This document shows positions 1-12,446 of a stretch of DNA of 42,051 nt, piece by piece. The position numbers and the translations under genes are program-made. A model generated the notes under the pieces. That model did no database searches. It was not told the origin of the DNA and worked only from the letters and a program-made list of their open reading frames with translations. The stretch comes from Octopus sinensis (lineage: Eukaryota), in NCBI RefSeq assembly GCF_006345805.1, contig NW_021835197.1, positions 1 through 42,051 of the forward strand, read 5' to 3'. Every line of letters begins with the position of its first letter. Within the stretch, counting starts at the first letter, position 1.

Positions 1-206
1 CAAGCCAAATTATCGCAGTCTGTTAGCACAAACTTATGAAATATTGTTTACGCTATGTCGGCAGTTTTGTGTGGTGGTGGGTCACATTGTATCATTATGC
101 CTCCTCCTTTAGCAAGACACAATCCACACCTAATATGTCTTATGTAATTTAAAATCTGTTACTTTATCTTTTATCTCCTGTTTTTTACTTGTTTCAATCA
201 TTAGAC

Positions 207-671
207 CAGTGGTTTCAACCAGGGTTCCTATTTCTTTACTACCCACAAGGGGCTAAAACACAGAGGGGACAAAACAAGGACAGACAACGGATTAAGTCGA
301 TTATATCGATCCCAGTGAGAAAACTGTACTATTTACTCGACCCCGAAAGGATGAAAGGCAAAGTCGACCTCGGCGGGAATTTGAACTCAGAACGTAACGG
401 TAGCCGAATTACCGCTAAGCATTTCGCCCGCCGTGCCAACGTTTCTGCCAGCTCGCCGTTTTCAACCAGGGTTCTGCGGAACCTTAGGGTTCTGCCAGTA
501 CAGTCCAGGGGTTCCGCAAGAAGTTACAAAACTGCTAAAATCGGCAGTAATTTTTAAGTCTCCTGTGCAGATATGTGCGCATAAGACTATTAAATTATTG
601 CACAGGGGTTCCTCGAGCCAGTGGAATGTTTCCTTGGGGTTCCGCTCCAGTAAAAAGTTTGAAAAGCACTG
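207..671. mobile_element. hAT-type MITE (~218 bp core) with a nested SINE
   Basis: Termini CAGTGGTTTCAA...TTGAAAAGCACTG; perfect 8-bp TSD CATTAGAC (199-206, 672-679); interrupts a minus-strand family A SINE tail; an uninterrupted inverted copy lies at 39499-39717. Confidence 0.9.
228..459 (-). mobile_element. SINE family B, near full length, inside the MITE
   Basis: 15-bp TSD TTTCAACCAGGGTTC (213-227, 460-474); carries the GTCGACTTTGCCTTTCATCCTTTCGGGGTCGA core shared by all family B copies. Confidence 0.9.
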
Positions 672-871
672 CATTAGACTGTGGCCATGCTGGGGCACAG
701 CCTTGAAGAATTATAGTTGAACAAATCAGCCCCAAGCACTGATTTCTTTTTAAAGAACCCTAGATGTAATAGATAGTTTTTGTTATTCAGGTGGATGAGG
801 ATGTTCTGAAAGTACTGTTGCTAGAATAAAAGGATAGTGAAAGTTCAGAGAGTTGTTATATTTGTTGATAG

Positions 872-1152
872 CAAAAGCCTTGTGAGTGGATTTGGTAGAC
901 GGAAACTGAAAGAAGCCTGTCATATATATATATGTTTGTGTGTTTGTGTATGTCACTCCAACATCCCTTGACAACAGATGCTGATGTGTTTATGTCCCCG
1001 TAACATTAGCGATTCAGCAAAAGGGACCGATAGAATAAGTAGTAGGCTTACAAAGAATAAATCCTGGGGTCGATTTGCTCAACTGAAGGCGATGCTCCAG
1101 CATGGCCACAATCAAATGACTGAAGCAAGTAAAAAAACAAAAGAATCAAAGA
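872..1152 (+). mobile_element. SINE family A, 5'-truncated
   Basis: Matches the GCCTTGTGAGTGGATTTGGTAGACGGAAACTGAAAGAAG block and the GCTCCAGCATGGCC...ATGACTGAA tail of other copies. Confidence 0.85.
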
Positions 1153-1167
1153 ATATACATATATATA

Positions 1168-1440
1168 TCACCGTGACCGACCAGGCTATCAGATGTTGCT
1201 ACACATCGCTGGTCATAATGCGCTTTGCATAGTTTTAGCCTTCAAATGACACCGCCACGCTGGCTAAGCAAGCAGGTCAACAGAAGAAAGAGTGAGAGAA
1301 AGTTGAGGCGAAAGAGTACAGCATGGATCGCCACCACCCCCTGCCAGAGCCTCGTAGAGCTTTAGGTGTTTACGCTCAATAAACACTCACAATGCCCGGT
1401 CTGGGAATCGAAACCGCGATCCTACTCGGCCATTGCACCT
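1168..1440 (-). mobile_element. SINE family D (tRNA-derived head, RTE-like tail)
   Basis: Homologous to 35288-35602 with a deletion in the head; B-box-like GGTTTCGATTCC on the minus strand. Confidence 0.85.
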
Positions 1441-1810
1441 ATATATATATATGATCTTTTTTATGTATGCTGCATCTGTGCATGCTGCATCTATAGATCG
1501 CATTTATGGTATGACATCATTTATTACCAAATACTGAAACGCAAGCAGACGTAAGCAGATGTAATAAAGGAATAACAAGTTCAAGCCCTTCTGCTTTTGT
1601 CTCAATCTTTATCGATGTTGGTCTTTATATTACGTTAGAATCCTCTCCAGACTACATAGAACCTCATGCGATTGCTAAAGCAGGGCAGGGTAGATTTATG
1701 CGATTACCACAAAGGACCAAAACCTGAATAACCGTACAATCGTCACACACTGAGCCCATCCATTCCTACACACTTACACACATGTGTATATATATATATA
1801 TATATATAAT

Positions 1811-2004
1811 ATATATACCAATTAAGGGACTGAACACGAAAAGTGGACAGTCAACATGCTAGATATAGACGTCAAATCGCCATTCTCCACAAACATTATG
1901 TTCTCAAATCAAGAACATAATCTTTGTGGAGAATGGCGATTTGACGTCTATATCTAGCATGTTGACTGTCCACTTTTCGTGTTCAGTCCTTAATTGGTAT
2001 ATAT
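1811..2004. repeat. Near-perfect 194-bp palindrome (foldback MITE-like)
   Basis: Arms 1811-1904 and 1912-2004 are reverse complements with one mismatch and one 1-nt indel; 7-nt loop CAAATCA; TA-rich flanks. Confidence 0.95.
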
Positions 2005-2187
2005 AAATATTTTAATCTTCGGATTCTTTTTAATATGCTAGACCACTGGTTTTAATTGATAAATATCAATTTCTACCCTTAATTAATTTTATATAAAATT
2101 ATATATATATATATACAAAAAATTCAGGGTGAATACTTGATAACAGTAAGCACCTGTATATGCCAGTTAGTGGTGTAGGTGATAGGG

Positions 2188-2294
2188 TATATTTATCAAA
2201 AGAAAAACAGGATGCGAAGTATATAGTGGTACATATGTTCAGAAACATATGTACCGCTAAATCTTTGCATCCTGTTTTTCTTTTGATAAATATA
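2188..2294. repeat. Imperfect ~107-bp palindrome
   Basis: TATATTTATCAAAAGAAAAACAGGATGC...GGTACATATGTT pairs with AACATATGTACC...GCATCCTGTTTTTCTTTTGATAAATATA. Confidence 0.9.
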
Positions 2295-2427
2295 TATATA
2301 AATATATATATATATATAGGAAGCCTCTTGTTGTATTTCTATGTGAATAATATATAGTGTAATGACTAATTCGTTTTTGTGCTAGGCCACTGGTAATAAT
2401 AATTTCTTATTTTCTATTGTTAGTTTT

Positions 2428-2472
<45 letters not shown>

Positions 2473-2539
2473 TAAATAAAACATATGCATATATATAAAC
2501 ATATATGTACGTACCTACCTCTACATGTACATATACACA

Positions 2540-2719
2540 CATATATGAGTACAGGACCCAAAAAGACGTAACCACAATGAGGAACGAAAACATAGACACA
2601 AATCCAAGGAACTGGACATTTTTTTAAACAACAAAAAAATAGAGTGCAGGACAATTAACGCAAGGAAAAAAACCCTTCTTCAGTCACCATGGTTTCATCT
2701 ACTCTACGTTTCGAAGGTG
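2540..2719 (-). mobile_element. Short dispersed repeat, possibly a Penelope-like terminal repeat (second type)
   Basis: Homologous to 29421-29555 (+); contains CCTTCGAAACGT and CTGAAGAAGG; flanked by (TA)n. Confidence 0.55.
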
Positions 2720-2773
2720 TATGTATGTATATATATTATATATATATATATATATATAATATATATATATATA

Positions 2774-2816
<43 letters not shown>

Positions 2817-2867
2817 TATATATATATATATATATACATAGATATATATATATATATATATATAGAT

Positions 2868-2902
<35 letters not shown>

Positions 2903-3181
2903 TGTATAGTAATAATAATAACAATCTCTGGATGGAATTCATAAATATTAGAATATTATAAATGCCATCCATAGCTTATTTATTATTATTATTATTATTA
3001 TTGTTACTATATCTGAGCTACATTATATTGACATAGCTCGGTGCAACCCCCCCCCCTGGTGTTATTAGGCTGCAGCCAACATAATGAAATAGGAGCTTTT
3101 ATATCCATATTCAAAAATGTTTCCCCATAAACGAACTTAAAGGATATTTGTATGTATATATATATATGCATATATATATAT

Positions 3182-3218
<37 letters not shown>

Positions 3219-3404
3219 CTTATATACATTACAACTCACAACGTGGGGATAATCAAAATTCCTCTTTTCTGTTACGATATATATATGTATGCATTTATGT
3301 TTGTATATATATATTTATGTATGTATGTATGTATGTATGTATGTATGTATATATATATTAATGTGTATGTACATATATATATGAATGTATGTATGTATGT
3401 ATAT

Positions 3405-3438
<34 letters not shown>

Positions 3439-3622
3439 AGTACAATTCTAGTGTGGTCGATGCCAGTGCTGCCTGAAGTAACACTTGTATTCTTTTGCAG
3501 ACAATCAGCAACCCTGGGTTTTTTTAATATTTGCTAAAGATTGCTCGAAGCTAACTTTCTTCTTACTCTTCAATCACTGGATCTTACATTTATATGTACA
3601 TATATATATATATATATATATA

Positions 3623-3752
3623 GGCATAGGAGTGGCTTTGTGGTAAGTAGCCTGCTTACCAACCACATGGTTATCTTCAACTATAGCGTCAGGTCAAATT
3701 CTTGTGAATGGACTTGGTAGACAGAAACTGAAAGAATCCCATTGTATATTTG

Positions 3753-3783
<31 letters not shown>

Positions 3784-3893
3784 ATAGGTTTGTGTGTCTG
3801 TGTTTGTCCCCTCAACGTCACTTGACAACCAATGCTGGTGTGTTTATGTCCCCGTAACTTAGTGGTTTGGTAAATGAGTAAAAGACTAAAAGA
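3623..3893 (+). mobile_element. SINE family A, internally deleted
   Basis: GGAGTGGCTTTGTGGTAAGTAGC head with A-box-like motif, internal (TA)n(TG)n, AAAAGAC tail. Confidence 0.85.
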
Positions 3894-4429
3894 ATATATG
3901 TATATGTATATGTATGTATGTATGTATGTATATACATATATAGATACATACATACATATACATATATGAATAGGGTAGTCAGGGTGGAATATTTGGAAGA
4001 TCTAATGCTATCTCTCACTATATGAATGAATATGAACAGATGCAAGAGGGCGATGGTATGCTGGTGCATCATAGAAAGAGACAGAAGCAAGAGGGGTGTG
4101 GAGGAAGAAATTGTGGAGCCATCAAGAGAGGGGTCAGTGAAAGAGAAGTTGTGGAGAAGGTGGTGTAAAGGCAAGAGGGTGGAAACTGGGGTTGAGTGCA
4201 TTCCAGCTGCTGCCACCACCCACCTCCACCATATTAACGCATCTTTGGCACTGCATGATGCCAAACATCGTTTCTTTTGTGAGGCTCACTTTTATGATAT
4301 TCTTCTTTGCCAGTTTGTCCATCTGGGATTTACTCTCTTGTTGGCCCATCCTCTTTTATATCCAACCCCTTTTTTCATGCAAATCTCATCGCCATCCATA
4401 CATATCACACAATATAATATACATTAATA

Positions 4430-4476
4430 CATGCGCGGTCATGTATAAGTGGTGTGTTTGTTGTGTGTATACATAC

Positions 4477-4507
<31 letters not shown>

Positions 4508-4567
4508 ATATATTTATATTTATAATAAATATGTATATATATTTGTGTATGTATATACATGATATAT

Positions 4568-4599
<32 letters not shown>

Positions 4600-5000
4600 T
4601 TGTGTATGTATATATATGTATATATATATACAACACACACATATATATATATATTTGTGTATGTATATACATGTATTATACCACACACACACACATATAT
4701 ATATATATATTTGTGTATGTATATATATGTATATATATATACACACACACACATATATATGTATATGTATATATATGCATATATATATACACATATATAT
4801 ATAAGTATATATATATATATGTTTATATATATTGTATATAAACATATATATATATATATACACACACACATATATGTGTTATATATATATACCTATGTAT
4901 GTATATATATAGATATATGCATATATACGTGTGTGTTTATATATATACACACACATACACACACATACATACATTCACATATATATATATATTTATATAT

Positions 5001-5034
<34 letters not shown>

Positions 5035-5333
5035 GCATACATATCATATGCCAGGCAGACGTAAAACGATGACGATGATGTATATATATATATATCAGTT
5101 ATATTAGCTGAGACCTCCACACCACACCTTCGGGACACAGGATAATGGACTTGTGTCATCATATCACCATCGTATCAGCATCATCATCATTGCCGCCGCC
5201 ATCACCAGCACCATTGCATTAGTCATCGATATAATTAACACCACATTAAGCTTTCTATTTACCATCATCTGCATCATGGCCACGATCATCACCATCATTG
5301 TCATCATCATCATCACAGCCAACTATCATCATC

Positions 5334-5379
<46 letters not shown>

Positions 5380-5520
5380 TATCATCATCACTGACTTCAT
5401 CACCTTCTTCATCATCATCACTCCTACCATCATCACTCCCACCATCATCAGCATCATTATCAAAAACTTCAACAGCAATTTGTTTACCTATCTTCTTTGA
5501 AACATGTTTGACCACTTAAA
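4430..5520. repeat. Compound (TA)n/(CA)n then (CAT)n microsatellite field
   Basis: Directly visible; the source of several YIYI and poly-I/S/D pseudo-ORFs. Confidence 0.95.
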
Positions 5521-5547
5521 CAAATCATTTTTACTTTAATTCCTAAT

Positions 5548-5548
5548 T

Positions 5549-5620
<72 letters not shown>

Positions 5621-5654
5621 AGAGAGAGACAGATAGATAGATAGAGAGATAGAG

Positions 5655-5701
<47 letters not shown>

Positions 5702-5744
5702 GAGATAGATGGATGGATGGATGGATAGATAGATAGGTAGATAG

Positions 5745-5813
<69 letters not shown>

Positions 5814-5854
5814 TAGAGAAAGATAGATAGATATAGATAGATAGAGAGAGAGAG

Positions 5855-5889
<35 letters not shown>

Positions 5890-5925
5890 GAGACAGATAG
5901 ATAGATAGATAGATAGATAGATACA
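5548..5925. repeat. (TAGA)n microsatellite
   Basis: Directly visible, with GA and TGGA interruptions. Confidence 0.98.
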
Positions 5926-5929
5926 TATG

Positions 5930-5964
<35 letters not shown>

Positions 5965-5966
<2 letters not shown>

Positions 5967-6155
5967 CAGTCGCCATGATAGCTCGGTAGCCACTACACAC
6001 ATCTTTTTTCTCTCCTTGTTTTCTGTGTTCCTTTCTGTAGAAGAGCATAGGCTCGAAACATAAAAGACTTTTTCAATTCCTGAGCGTTATACTAATACAT
6101 CTGTTTGTTTTGTACACCACCTGTCTTCGTCATTTGTTTTTTTTTGTAAACTCTC
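5965..6155 (+). mobile_element. Diverged relative of the hammerhead-motif element
   Basis: CTTT-CTGTAGA-A-GAGC-ATAG-GCTC-GAA-ACAT-A-AAAG at 6031-6066, followed by CCTGAGCG...TAATAC as in the 8408 family. Confidence 0.6.
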
Positions 6156-6184
6156 TCTCTCTATATATATATATATATACACAA

Positions 6185-6322
6185 AAGTGCATCCAGCTGT
6201 AGTAATCTTACCAAAATAAACACGGTGCCAGAACAGCCCTTTGGCTGGTCAGCTTCTGTCAAACCATCCAACCCATGCTAACATGGAAAACAAACGTTAA
6301 ACAATGATGATGATGATGATGA
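6185..6322 (+). mobile_element. Family E retroposon 3' fragment with (ATG)n tail
   Basis: CCATCCAACCCATGCTAACATGGAAAA...GTTAAACAATGATGATG; same tail at 21075, 38710 and 41641. Confidence 0.8.
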
Positions 6323-6646
6323 TATATATATATATATATATGTATATATATGGTATTTGACTGAGGAAAGAAAACTTCAAATGACCCTTCCTTGTTTTCT
6401 TTGTATCGTCTATCTGGATGTTTTATTGTCCCTTTTATGTATCACCTAACTGTCCAGATGTTTTGCGTTCTTGTCCCATTTTGTATATATATATATATAT
6501 ATATGTATACACATACACACATGCTCATACATACATATGTATGTGTGTATATGTTTTGACTAATTTGTGGTATTTCCCCTGGTACACATCCACTTTCCTC
6601 AGTTCCACTCCTTCTCTCCATTGAGAGTTCTTTATATTGTAAACTA

Positions 6647-7116
6647 CAGGGATTCCTTGACTTGCACGAGTAATTGTGGGGGGGGGGCACACAATTCGAA
6701 ATTCGCGCAAGTCGAGTACCAGATATTGTTTTCTATAAATATTTTCTGGGATAACTGCTAAATATTGTTATATTAAAGAAACACTTGGAGAAAGTATTGA
6801 ATGAACTTTCTTTCTATTTGAAACCAAAAAACTTATATTGGTGACTGCTTTGTACGAATACAAATTACAAAAAATGATACAAATTGTTTAATGATTATAA
6901 ACAGAAAATAGAAATTACTCAAACACAATTATTTTTACTTTATGTATATTTGAAATGATGGATAGATAACAAGATAACAGACAAGGCAATGCAACCATGG
7001 ATTATAAATATTTTTACAACAAGCGCAAGTCGAGAATACAACTCGCGCAACCTGAACACTCGGTATCAAAAGTTGGTTTGCGCAAGTCGAATTTCGCGCA
7101 AGTCGGGGAATCCCTG
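6647..7116. mobile_element. Tigger/pogo-like (Tc1/mariner) MITE
   Basis: TA|CAGGGATTCC...GGAATCCCTG|TA; repeated subterminal CGCAAGTCG motifs. Confidence 0.85.
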
Positions 7117-7169
7117 TACTTGCTGACACCACTGGTGCTGAAACTACATATAAAAGCATCTGTTCTTGT

Positions 7170-7335
7170 TCCACATAAGTAAAGACTCCAGCATACTCTG
7201 TCAAGTGGCTGCCAGTAGGAATGGGAGCCGTACCAAAACAGACAAATGGATGGACCGTGGTGCAGCTCTCTGGCTTGCCAGCTCTGGTGCATCCATGCAA
7301 CTCATGCCAGCATGGAAACACACATTCAATGATGA
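7170..7335 (+). mobile_element. Diverged family E fragment
   Basis: GGTGCAGC...CATGCCAGCATGGAAA tail similarity. Confidence 0.6.
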
Positions 7336-7647
7336 CCATGGGATTGCACCTAGAAAGTTACCCTCTGAGGTACAAGTCCAGGCAAGCTGGTTTATGGAAG
7401 ACCAGCAGCCACTCATGCATACCAGTCTCCCCATTCCACACCACCAGTGTTATCCATGCAAAAGGCAAAGGGGCCGATACAGCTTGGCACCAGTGATATC
7501 GTAACCCATTTCTAGAGCAGAGTGAACTGGAGCAACGTGAAATAAAGTGTCTTGCTCAAGAACACAACACGCAGCCCGGTCCGGGATTCGAGCTCACAAC
7601 CTCACGATCGTAAGCTCGACGCTCTAACCACAGAGCCACGCGCCTTC
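7320..7647 (-). mobile_element. SINE family C (tRNA-derived)
   Basis: Minus-strand head GGCGCGTGGCTCTGTGGTTAGAGC...GAGCTCGAATCCC; core TTGAGCAAGACACTTTATTTCACGTTGCTCCAG shared with 24225, 24450, 38415 and 41250. Confidence 0.85.
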
Positions 7648-7756
<109 letters not shown>

Positions 7757-7859
7757 GTGTGTGTGTGTTTATATACATACACACAGTGCCTAACTGGATC
7801 TAAAAATATTGGTTGCCAGGAGACTAGGGGGCCCAACCGTAACGACAATGCGATCATTA

Positions 7860-7991
7860 ATAGATAATAACAATAATAATAATAATTCTAATAATAATGA
7901 TAATAATAATAATAATATAATAATAATAATGATAATGGTAATGATAATAAGGATAATAATAATAATAATAATGGTAATAATAATTATAATA

Positions 7992-8052
<61 letters not shown>

Positions 8053-8083
8053 TAATAATAATTATAATAATAATGATAAGATG

Positions 8084-8132
<49 letters not shown>

Positions 8133-8235
8133 TAATGGTAATGATAATAAGGATAATAATAATAATAATGGTAATAATGATAATAATGATAATAATGATA
8201 ATAATAATAACAATAATGATAATAATAGTAATAAT
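7860..8235. repeat. (TAA)n/(TGA)n microsatellite
   Basis: Directly visible. Confidence 0.97.
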
Positions 8236-8375
8236 TATGGATACAATTTTTTTTTAATTGTATGAGTGGCCCGACAATTTCAGCACATGTCTAATTTTGT
8301 GATTTTTCAAGTGGTGAGATGATTTAGCATCTATTTTCAGCATATAGGCTACAAAATTTTCTATGCCCTAAATTA

Positions 8376-8407
<32 letters not shown>

Positions 8408-8410
<3 letters not shown>

Positions 8411-8613
8411 CCGCGTATGTACCGTTGGCGATTTTTTTTCCTCTGTCTTCCCTTCTCTGGATCTTTCCTTCTCCTATGTTTCCGACGAAGAGCTCCGCCC
8501 GAAACGTTAAACCCTCCTTCTTTCCTTCTTTCTTGAGCGTCCAATAATACTATATTCGTTCCCCGTCCTCGCGTTGTTGTGTTTTCTCCTTGTGCTTTCA
8601 TGTTTGGATTAAC

Positions 8614-8614
<1 letters not shown>
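8408..8614 (+). mobile_element. ~205-bp hammerhead-motif element, copy 1
   Basis: TGACCGC...GGATTAACT bounded by (TA)n on both sides; homologous to 13559, 22232 and 29556. Confidence 0.85.
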
Positions 8615-8655
<41 letters not shown>

Positions 8656-9269
8656 ATAAACCTTTACATAAATAAATAATGTGAAATACATGAAGGGACG
8701 AACGAAAAGACAAACGGGTCATTCAAAGCCTTCATTCTTCAGTCAGAAACTGATCCCTCATCGCAGATTTCGGCTGTTTAATTCTGAGATCTGCTCTGAA
8801 TCAGCCAGCCACAGAAGAAAAGAATGAAACGCAACAGAGACGAACATGAAACGAAAAATCTTTTTGGGAGACAGTAACGGTTAAAAACATGGATGACACA
8901 GGCGCCCTACGGCTTTGAGACAAAAAATATATATATATGATGGACTCTGCCATCAAAGACAACATACAAGCGTCGTTCAGCTTTCGCCAAACGATTTGCA
9001 CAACTGATTTGTTTCTAGTGATCAAATGTATGTGACGGACATTAGCTTGTTGCCTCCATCGAATTGACGTTTTCTGAACAGGTGCATGGTGAACCACACA
9101 TCGGCTATCAAAGTGACCGTAAAGCAATATGAGATGGAAAATGAAGAGTTTTGCTTAAGAACACAACACATCACCTGGTCTAGGAATTGAAACCACGATC
9201 TAGCAATCATAAATGTGACACCCCAACCACAAAGCCATGTGCCCTCACATATACACACACTCACACATA

Positions 9270-9463
9270 TAGCACGCCAGGCGAAATGCTTACCGGTATT
9301 TCGTCTGTCGTTACGTTCTGAGTTCAAATTCCGCCGAGGTCGACTTTGCCTTTCATCCTTTCAGGGTCGATAAATTAAGTACCAGTTACGCACTGGGGTC
9401 GATGTAATCGACTTCATCCCTTTGTCTATCCTTGTTTGGCCCCTTGTGGGTAGTAAAGAAATA
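9270..9463 (+). mobile_element. SINE family B
   Basis: GAGTTCAAATTCC B-box-like motif, family core, GGGTAGTAAAGAAATA tail. Confidence 0.9.
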
Positions 9464-9599
9464 CATAATATACATACATATCATATATATAAATATTTAA
9501 TGATGATGGTGATGCTATGTGTGTCAGTGAAGATAAAGTAAATATGGGTGTATACATATAGATATGTATATACACACGCATATACATATATATTATGTG

Positions 9600-9905
9600 T
9601 GTACGTGCATATGTGTGTATATGTGTATATGTAGTTGTATATGCATACATACACATATATAAACATATATTCATATGTTATATATATGCATATACATATA
9701 TATAATGTGTGTATGTGCATGTGTGTGTATATGTGTATATATAGTTGTACATGCATACATACACATATATAAACATATATTCATATGTTATATATATGCA
9801 TATACATATATATACTGTATGTGCATGTGTGTGTGTATATGTGTATATATAGTTGTACATGCATACATACACATATATAAACATATATGCATATTCATAT
9901 TCATA
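9600..9905. repeat. ~110-bp tandem triplication of low-complexity sequence
   Basis: TAGTTGTA...CATACATACACATATATAAACATATAT recurs at about 9632, 9742 and 9850. Confidence 0.85.
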
Positions 9906-10289
9906 CATACATACATACACACCTTATTGATAAAAGACTCATAACGCACTACTCTGTTTCAAACAAAGAGTCTTGGAAGACTGTTTGCATAGGTGTATTG
10001 GTAAATGCGCGCGCGCATGTGTGTGTGTGTGTGTGTGTGTGCATGCGTGTGTGTGTGTGTGTGTGTGTATGCATATGCACAGTGTATAGTGTATACATGA
10101 AAGCAGTTAGTGTGCAGGTCATCATATAACGGTGTTTGTTTAAGAACACAATTGAAGAGTTTGGTAAACACATGTTGAACCGATAATATTGTCTCCTAAC
10201 AATAGGTCACTGATTTCAATGGATGGGGCATTAAAGGAAGTCTCAACTACACTTGTGGCCATCCTTACAGTCAAGTGGTTGTTTTGTCT

Positions 10290-10936
10290 TGCAACGGTGC
10301 TGGATTAACCATTAAGCAAAAGAAGTGTGTGCTTAGGGCATCAAGGAAAGGAGAGGGGCACCACAGAATTGGTAAAATAGTTTATAGTACAAACGAAATC
10401 ACTTTAAACTTGCTAAAATAATATTCGAGATGCCTTTATCTCTACTAAGTAAGGCAGCAAGCTCGAAGAAATGTTAGCACGCTGGGCGAAATGCTTAGCA
10501 GTATTTCGTCTGTCTTTACGTTCTGAGTTCAAATTCCACCTTTCATCCTTTCGGGGTCAATAAATTAAGTACTAGTTGCGTACTGGGGTCAATATAATCA
10601 GCTGGCCCCTCCCCGCAAACTTTGGACCTTGTGCCTAGAGTAGAAAAGTTTATCTCTACTAAGTATAAATGCAGGTGAGTTACCTAAGATGAATTTTGAG
10701 GATCTGATCAAAGATTTTGCAATTCAAAAAGTAGGAGGAAACTTTTCAAATATAAATAAAGTGGAAGGAGACAAAAATAAACATTATTTTCCCCTCTTAC
10801 TGCTTTGTTTCGTTTTGAAAAATAAAGATTTATTTTATGGTTTGTTATTGTTTATATTTTGAATTACATAATCTTTTATGGGGGCACCAAAATCTTTTAA
10901 GAGCTTGGGGCCTTGATGGGTCTTAATTCGGCCCTG
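10290..10936 (+). mobile_element. Deleted hAT transposon fossil with nested SINE
   Basis: Right end TTAATTCGGCCCTG, degenerate left end GGTGCTGGATTAACC; 10689-10736 encodes MNFEDLIKDFAIQKVG, resembling the hAT transposase C-terminus. Confidence 0.65.
10452..10648 (+). mobile_element. SINE family B inside the hAT fossil
   Basis: 17-bp TSD TTTATCTCTACTAAGTA (10435-10451, 10649-10665). Confidence 0.9.
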
Positions 10937-11039
10937 AGATGCAACATGTTGGATGTGAACTTTCTCAGCAAACAAATCTTATTGAATCAATGATGAATGC
11001 CACCAGAAGCAGAGCAGATGAGCAGAGAATAAACTGTCA

Positions 11040-11420
<381 letters not shown>

Positions 11421-11430
11421 GGTATTCATT

Positions 11431-11549
11431 GAAGGCGGCGAGCTGGCAGAGTCATTAGCGCGCCGGGCAAAATGCTTAGCGGTATTTCGTCTGTTGTTAC
11501 ATTCTGAGTTCAAATTCCACCGAGGTCGACTTCGCCTTTCGTCCTTTCG
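11431..11549 (+). mobile_element. SINE family B, 3'-truncated
   Basis: Intact head GGCGGCGAGCTGGCAGA...GAGTTCAAATTCC. Confidence 0.85.
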
Positions 11550-11671
11550 GAGTCTCTTTCATATATGATCTGAGTCTGAATTGCTCCTGTGTCTTTGCCA
11601 TATGCCTTCCCATATGCAGAGTCAGGATTCCACACACACAACACACACACACACACATGCACTTTTATTAA

Positions 11672-11792
11672 AGCTGCAAAATTTTTGCAAACTCTTGCTC
11701 TGAATTTCCCGTTCCATTTGTCGGAGAATTGAACTGTACAACAAACATGAATACAAAGCTCTGAGTAAGAGTTTTGTAAAAATTTTGCAGCT
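11672..11792. mobile_element. Kolobok-like hairpin MITE
   Basis: TTAA|AGCTGCAAAATTTTT...AAAAATTTTGCAGCT|TTAA; ~30-bp imperfect TIRs, TTAA TSD, AG...CT termini. Confidence 0.7.
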
Positions 11793-11881
11793 TTAAATGA
11801 AAGCATATCACTCTGCCTTAGGTATTGAGTACTATCTTTTTTTCTACTGTGTTTTGCATTTATGTGCTTACTTGAAGTGTG

Positions 11882-11961
<80 letters not shown>

Positions 11962-12446
11962 GGTTATGCTTATATGTGTGTGTGGTGTGGGTGTGTGTCT
12001 GTCCCAGTCAAATCAATAGCTTTTACTCTATTAATGGAAAAAGCTCCACAATTAGTAAATATTTTATTGTTTTTCTACAAGTCATTAACGATACAAACCA
12101 ATATACAGTTTATATACAGTTTATACACTCTCACATACACGCACACACACACACACACACACGCACATATATATGTGTATACATATATACATACATATTT
12201 GCATACGTATGTTCATATATGCATATATACATACACACACACATATATATATTTGTATATATATATATTTGTATATATATATTTGCATATGTTTTGCGTT
12301 CCTGTCCCAGTTTGTATTTTTTTACATCATATACAATATATATATATGTCTGTACATATGCATGTATGATTGTGTGTGTGTGTGTATGGTTGTATGTATG
12401 TATATACACTATTTTATTCTTTGACAAGAATAATGTTGGTGCTTAC

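Noticed and set aside
791-829. Possible terminal exon VDEDVLKVLLLE* after a good acceptor
   Set aside because: Too short to distinguish from chance and no upstream support in the window.
3970-4400. GC-richer block with 71-148 aa ORFs on both strands
   Set aside because: No recognisable motif or splice signals; probably an old LINE fragment, but not assignable by eye.
4192-6048. Long YIYI, LSIY and poly-I/S/D ORFs (also 7809-8213, 11797-12497, 30358-31080, 36687-37266, 40691-41227)
   Set aside because: Translations of (TA)n, (TAGA)n, (CAT)n and (TAA)n microsatellites.
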